The notes under the pieces are model-generated. The model saw nothing but the letters and a program-made list of their open reading frames with translations, searched no databases and was not told the DNA's origin. 64,000 nucleotides of DNA from the human T2T-CHM13v2.0 reference genome, Homo sapiens: the NCBI RefSeq assembly GCF_009914755.1, contig NC_060940.1. One strand, given 5' to 3'. Of the stretch, positions 57,201-64,000 are shown in pieces; within the stretch, counting starts at the first letter, position 1; each line of letters starts with the position of its first letter. The position numbers were made by a program, and so were the translations under genes.

Positions 57201-60200
57201 GATGATTCCATTCGAGTCCATTCGATGATTTCATTCGAGTACATCCAATGATTCCATTCGAGTCCATTAGATGATTCCATTTGATTCCATTTGAAAATGA
57301 TTCTACTAGAGTCCATTCAATGACTCCATTCGAGTCCATTCAACAATTCCATTCGACTCCATTCGATGATTCCATTCGATTCCATTTGATGGTTCCATTC
57401 GAGTCCATTTAATCATTACAGTCGAGTCCATTTGGTGATTCCACTGGATTTCTTTTGATAATGATACCATTCAATTACATTTGATGATGATCCCATTCAA
57501 TTTCATTTGATGATGATTCCATTAGAGTCCATTCGATGATTTCATTCGAGTCCCTTCATTGATTCCATCCAATTTCATTGGATGATGACTCCATTCGAGT
57601 CCATTCGATGATTCCACTCGATTCCATTAGATGACTCCATTGGAGTCCATTTGATTGTTCCATTCGATTCCATTCGATTCCTTTCGAAGATTATTCCATT
57701 TGAGTCCATTCGATGATGATTCCATTCCATTCCATTCGATGATTCCGTTTGATTCCATTCGATGATTCCCTTCGATTCCTTTCTTTGATGATTCCATTCC
57801 ATTCCATTCAATGATTCCATTCGAATCTATTCCATGATGATTCCTTTCGATTCCATTCGCTGATGTTTCCGTTCAATTCCATTCGATGATGATTCCATTC
57901 GATTCCATTCATTGAGGATTCCATTTGATTCCATTCAATGATGATTCCATTCTATTCCATTCAATGATTGCATTCAATTCCATTCAATGATTATCCCATT
58001 AGAGTAAACTCAACGATTCCATTCAATACCATTCGATGATGATTCCTTTTGAGTCCGTTCAATGATTTCATTCAAGTCCATTTGATGATTCCTTTCAATT
58101 CCATTCTATGATGATTCCATTCGAGTCCATTCGATGATTCCATTCGATTGCATTCGATGATTCCATTATATTCCATTCAACGGTGATTCCATTCGAGTCC
58201 ATTCCATGATTCCATTAGAGTACATTTAATGATTGCTTTGTTTTCAATTCGAAGATGATTACATTGGATTCCATTCTATGATACCATTCGATTCCATTCA
58301 ATGATGATTCCACTCAAATCCATTGGATGATTCCATTCGTGTCCATTCGGTGATTTCATTAGATTCCATTCGAGGATGATTCCATTCGATTCCATTCGAT
58401 GATTCCATTCAATTCCATTCGATGATGATTCCATTCCAGTCCATATGATCATTCCATTTGATTTCATTCGATGATGATTCCATTCGATTCCATTCGACGA
58501 TTCCATTCTATTCCATTCGATGATGATTCCATTCGAGTCCATTCGATGATTCCATTCGAGTCCATTTAATGATTCCATTGGGTTCAATTCAATGATGATT
58601 ACATTGGATTCCGTTCTATGATTCCATTCAATTCCGTTCATTGACAATTTGATTCCATTCGATGATGATTCCATTTGAGTTCATTCGATGATTCTATTCG
58701 ATTCTCTTCGATGTTGATTCAATTCTAGTATATTGGATGATTCCATTCGATTCCATTTGATGTTGATTCAATTCGATTCTATTCGATGATGATTCCATTG
58801 GATTTCACTTGATGATTCTATTCGATTCCATTCAATGATGATTCACTTCTCGTCCATTGGATGATTCCATTTCATTCCATTCGATGATGATTCCATTCGA
58901 TTCCATTCGATGATTCCATTTGATTCCATGCGACGGTGAGCAATTCGATTCAATTCCATGATGATTCTATTTGATTCAATTAGATGATGTTTCCATTCGA
59001 ATCCATTCCATGATTATTCCATTGGAATCCATTCGGCGATGATTCCATATGAGTCAATTCAATGATGATTCCATATGGGTCCGTTCGATGATAATTCCAT
59101 TTGATTTCATTCGATGCTTCTATTCTATTCCAGTCGATGATGATTCCGTTGGAGTCCATACGATGATTCCATTTGATTTCATTTGATGATGATTCCATTC
59201 GATGATGATTACATTGGATTCCATTCTATGATTCCATTCAATTCCATTCGTTGATGATTCGATTCCATTCAATGATGATTCCATTTGAGTTCATTCGATG
59301 ATTCTATTCGATTCCGTTCGATGGTGATTCAATTCTATTATATTGGATGATTCCACTCGATTCCATTTGATGATTATTCCATTGGAGTCCACTTAGTGAA
59401 TCCTTTAGATTCTACTCGACGATGATTCCATTCGAGTCCATTCGATGATACCATTCAATTCCATTCGTTGATGCTTCCATTCAAGTGCATTCGATGATAT
59501 CATTCGATTCCATTTGATGATAATTCCATTTGATTCCATGCGATGATTCTATTCGATTCCATTCAATGATAATTCCATTCAATTCAGTGATTCCTCTGGA
59601 CTCCATTTGATGATGATTCCATTCAATGATTCCATTCGATTCTATTCGAAAATGATTCCATTTGAATCCATTTGATGATGATTCCATTAGATTCCATTTG
59701 ATGATTCCATTCGATTCCATTCGACGATGATTCCATTCGATTCCGTTTGATGATTCCATTCTATTCTATTCGATGATGATTCCATTCGATTCCATTCGAT
59801 GATGATTGGATTCGATTCCATTGGATGATTTCATTTGATTCCATTCGTTAATGATTTCGATCAATTCCATTCGATGATTCCATTCGATTCCATTCGATAA
59901 TGATTACATCCGGGTCCATTCGATGATTCCCTTTGAGCCTGTTCGATAATTCCATTTGAGTCCAACCAATGATTCCATTCATTTCCATTCAATGATTCCA
60001 TTCGAGTCCATTTGATCATTCCGGTAGGGTCCATTCGATGTTGATTCCATTGGAGTGCATTCGATGATTCCATTCGAGTCCATTTTAGGATTTGATTCAA
60101 GTCCTTTCGATGATTCCATTCGATTCCACTCGATGATGATTTCATTCGAGTCCATTCGACACTTCCAATCGATTCCATTTGATGATTCCATTCGAGTCCA

Positions 60201-60372
60201 ATTGATGATTCCATTCAATTCCATTCGATGATGATTCCGTACGATTCCATTCTGTGATGATTCCATGTGATTGCATTCAATGATGATTCCTTTCGATTGC
60301 ATTCGATTATGATTCATTTCGTGTTCATTCTATGGTTCCACAGGTTTCCATTCGTGTCCATTCCATTATTCC
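54261..60372 (+). repeat. HSat2 6,112-bp unit 10 (counterpart of unit 3)
   Basis: ORF offset 54299 to 60411 = 6112. Shares the TCATGAATCC, TCTACTCAAT, AATTCTAGTA and CGGGTCC variants with unit 3. Confidence 0.95.
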
Positions 60373-63300
60373 ATTCTATTCCATTTGATGATGATTCCAT
60401 TCGATTCCATTCATTGGTGATTCCACTCAATTCCATTCAATGATTCCATTCCATTTCTTTCAACAATGATTCCATTAGTTTCTAATCGATGATCCACTTG
60501 ATTCCATTTGACGACGATTCCATTCTTGTCCATTCGATGATTCCATTTGATTCCATATGATGATGATTCCATTCGATTCCATACCATGATGATTCCATTC
60601 GAGTCCATTCAATGGTGATTCCATTCAATTCCATTCGATGATTCCTTTTGATTCCATTCGATGATGATGGCATTCGATTCCTTTCAATCATTCCCTTTGA
60701 TTCCATTCAAAGGTGATTTCATTCAAGTCCATTCGATAATTGCATTCGATTCCATTCTATGATGATTCCATTCGAGTCCATTTGATGATTCCATTCAATT
60801 CAAGTCAATGATGATTCCATTCGATTCCATTCGATGATTCCATTGGATTCCATTCGGTGATGATTCCATTCAAATCCATTCGATAATTCAATTCAAGTCC
60901 ATTCGATGATGATTCCAATCGAATCCATTCAAAGATTCCATTCAGTTCCATTCGATGATTCCCTTAGATTCCATTAGATGATCCAACTTGATTGCATTTA
61001 CGATGATTCCATTCGATTCCATGTGATGATTCCATTCAATTCTATTCAATGATGTCTCCATTTGATTCCATTCGACCATGATTGCCTTTGATTCCATTCA
61101 ATGATTCCATTCGGTTCCGTTTGATGATGATTCCGTTCGATTCCATTTGATGATTCCATTTGATTCCATTGGATGAGTCCATTCGATTACATTCGATGAT
61201 TATTCCATTCGAGTGCATTAGATGATTCCATTCGAGTCCATTCGATGATTCCATTCGATTCCATTCGATGTTGATTCTGTTCAAATCCATTCGATGATTC
61301 CACTCGATTCCATTCGTTGACTCCATTTGATCCCATTCGATGATTTCCTTTGATTCCCTTTGATGATCATTCCATTTGATTCAATTCGGTGATTTCATTT
61401 GATTCCATTCAGTGATGTTTCCATTCGACTCCATTCGATGATGATTCCATTCGACTCCATTCGATTATGATTTCATTCAATTCCATTCGATAATGATTCC
61501 CTTCGAGTCCATTCGATGATTCCATTCGATTCCATTCAACGATGATTTGATTCGTGTCCATTCGATGATTCCATTTGATTCCACTTGATGATGATTCCAT
61601 TCGAGTCCATTTGATGATTCCATTCAATTCCATACTCCGATGATTTCTTTTGAGCCCACTCAATGCTTCCACTCGATTCCATATGATGATGACTCCATTC
61701 GATGAAATTCGATGATGATTCCATTCGCTTGCTTTCGATGATGATTCCACTTGAGTCCGTTAGAAGATTCTATTCAATTACATTCCAGGACGATTCCGTT
61801 CGAGTCCATTTGATGATTCCATTAGACTCCATTCGACGATGATTCCATTCGATGTTATTCGATGATTCCATTCGATCTCATTTGATGATGATTCCATTCA
61901 ACTCCATTCGATGTTTCCATTCGAGTTCATTCTATTATTCCATTAGATTCCATTCGATGATGATTCCATTCGATTCCATTTGATGATTGCATTCTATTTC
62001 ATTTGATGATGATTCCATTCGAGTCCACTCGATGATTCCATTCGAGTCCATTTCATGAATCCATTGGTTTCAATTCTATGATGATTACATTGGATTCCAT
62101 TCGTTGATGATTTCATTCGGTTCCATTCAATGATGATTCCATTCAATTCCTTTCAATGTTTCCATTCAATTCCATACGATGATGATTCCATTTGATTTGA
62201 TTCGACAGTGAGCCATTCGATTCAATTCCATGATGATTCTATTTGATTCAATTGGTTGACATTTCCATTCGATTCCATTCGATGATGATTCCCTTTGATT
62301 CCGTTCAAAGATGATTCCATTCTAGCCCATTCAATCATTCCATTCGATTCTATTCAATGATGATTCCATTCATGTCGATTTGGTGATTCCATTTGACTTC
62401 ATTTGATGATGATTCCTTTCAAGTTCATTAGATGATTCCATTCGATTCCATTTGATGATGATCCCATTCGAGTCCATTCAGTGATTCCATTCGTTTCTAT
62501 TCCATGATGATTCCATTCCTTTCCATTCAATGATTCCATTCGATTCCGTTTGATGATGATTTCATTCGAGTCCATTTGATGATTCCATTTGATTCCATTC
62601 GATGATGATTCCATTCGAGTCCATTCGATGATTCTATTCGAATCCATTTGATGATTTCTTTTGATTATATTTGGTGATGATTCCATTGGAGTCCATTCAA
62701 TGATTCCATTCTATTCCAATCGATGATGATTCCATTAGAGTCCATTTAATGATTCCATTTGATTCCAGTCTCTGATGATTACATTCGAGTCCATACGATG
62801 ATTCTACTCAATTCCATATGATGATGATTCCATTTGATTCCATTCGGTGATTCCATTCTATTCTATTCAATGGTGATTCCATTCGAGTACATTAGATGAT
62901 TCCATTCGATTCCATTCAATGATGATTCTATTTGTGTCCCTTAGATGATTCCACATGATTCCATTAGATGATGATACTATTTGAGCCCATCCAATGATTC
63001 CCTTCGATTCCATTCGATGAGGATTCCATTCGATTCAATTCATTGGTGATTCTATTCAATTCAATTCTTTGATTCCATTCCATTCCATTCGACAATGATT
63101 CCATTCGATTTCTTTCGATGATTCCACTCGATTCCACTTGACATTGATTCCATTCGATTCCATTCAATGATTCCATTTGATTCCAGTGGATGATGATTGC
63201 CATCGATTCCATTCGATCACTCCATTCTATTCCATTTGATGATGATTACATTCGATTCCATTTGATGATTCCATCTGATTCTATTCGAGGATTCCATTTG

Positions 63301-64000
63301 ATTCCATTCGATGATGATTCCATTCGAGTCCATTCGATGATTTCATTCGAGTACATCCAATGATTCCATTCGAGTCCATTAGATGATTCCATTTGATTCC
63401 ATTTGAAAATGATTCTACTAGAGTCCATTCAATGACTCCATTCGAGTCCATTCAACAATTCCATTCGACTCCATTCGATGATTCCATTCGATTCCATTTG
63501 ATGGTTCCATTCGAGTCCATTTAATCATTACAGTCGAGTCCATTTGGTGATTCCACTGGATTTCTTTTGATAATGATACCATTCAATTACATTTGATGAT
63601 GATCCCATTCAATTTCATTTGATGATGATTCCATTAGAGTCCATTCGATGATTTCATTCGAGTCCCTTCATTGATTCCATCCAATTTCATTGGATGATGA
63701 CTCCATTCGAGTCCATTCGATGATTCCACTCGATTCCATTAGATGACTCCATTGGAGTCCATTTGATTGTTCCATTCGATTCCATTCGATTCCTTTCGAA
63801 GATTATTCCATTTGAGTCCATTCGATGATGATTCCATTCCATTCCATTCGATGATTCCGTTTGATTCCATTCGATGATTCCCTTCGATTCCTTTCTTTGA
63901 TGATTCCATTCCATTCCATTCAATGATTCCATTCGAATCTATTCCATGATGATTCCTTTCGATTCCATTCGCTGATGTTTCCGTTCAATTCCATTCGATG
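60373..64000 (+). repeat. HSat2 unit 11, partial (counterpart of unit 4), truncated by the window end
   Basis: Same ORF series from 60411. Carries the CATTCGGTGA and TAGATGATCCAACTTG variants as unit 4 does. Confidence 0.93.

Larger units (their letters stand above)
1..64000 (+). repeat. Human satellite II (HSat2/HSATII) pericentromeric tandem array, probably HSat2B type (6.1-kb period, as on chr16q11.2)
   Basis: Continuous diverged CATTC pentamers with abundant TTCCATTCGATTCCATTCGATGATGA and TTCGAGTCCATT motifs. These are HSat2 signatures; HSat3 would show long pure (CATTC)n runs. The orientation is the same throughout. Subfamily and chromosome are inferred from the 6,112-bp period and were not confirmed by a search. 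Confidence 0.97.

Noticed and set aside
39-63932. About 180 short minus-strand ORFs (60-132 aa; MESSNGIIEWNRM-type)
   Set aside because: They are translations of GAATG/ATC repeats. GAATGG supplies ATGs on the - strand, and GATGAT supplies frequent TGA stops on the + strand. They overlap in different frames, are low-complexity, have no recognisable domain, and recur only because the DNA unit recurs.
1-64000. CRISPR-like or other prokaryotic repeat-spacer system
   Set aside because: There is no constant repeat separated by unique spacers and there are no cas or other genes. All the sequence derives from one degenerate motif.
1-64000. HSat3/DYZ1, alpha satellite or telomeric repeat
   Set aside because: Pure (CATTC)n runs are short (about 3 copies) and CATTCGATTC/GATGAT motifs dominate. 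I saw no 171-bp monomer, CENP-B box or TTAGGG repeats.
1-64000. Inversion or embedded transposon (Alu/L1/LTR) insertion
   Set aside because: The CATTC strand is on + throughout. Unit lengths account for every base, and no poly(A) or foreign sequence was seen.

Overview
The whole 64 kb window is one uninterrupted, single-orientation array of human-type classical satellite II (HSat2/HSATII). It is built from diverged CATTC/GAATG pentamers with the diagnostic CATTCGATTC and (GAT)GATGATTCCATT motifs, and the C/T-rich strand is on +. There are no genes, RNA genes, transposons or CRISPR arrays, and all listed ORFs are artefacts of translating the GAATG strand. The structure is hierarchical. A 5-bp/~23-26-bp base motif is arranged into a 6,112-bp unit. 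Phased to the window start, the units begin at 1, 6113, 11851, 17963, 24075, 30187, 36299, 42411, 48523, 54261 and 60373 (the last is partial). Units 2 and 9 carry an identical 374-bp deletion (5,738 bp each). That deletion and many shared single-base variants define a 42,410-bp, 7-unit super-repeat (units 1-4 recur as units 8-11). A ~6.1-kb period fits the HSat2B-type array best known from 16q11.2, but the chromosome is an inference. The points of interest are the nested higher-order structure, gene-conversion/mosaic signatures between units, old internal duplications within the unit, CpG decay, and a DUX4-consensus site once per unit. I found no evidence of a new protein-coding system.
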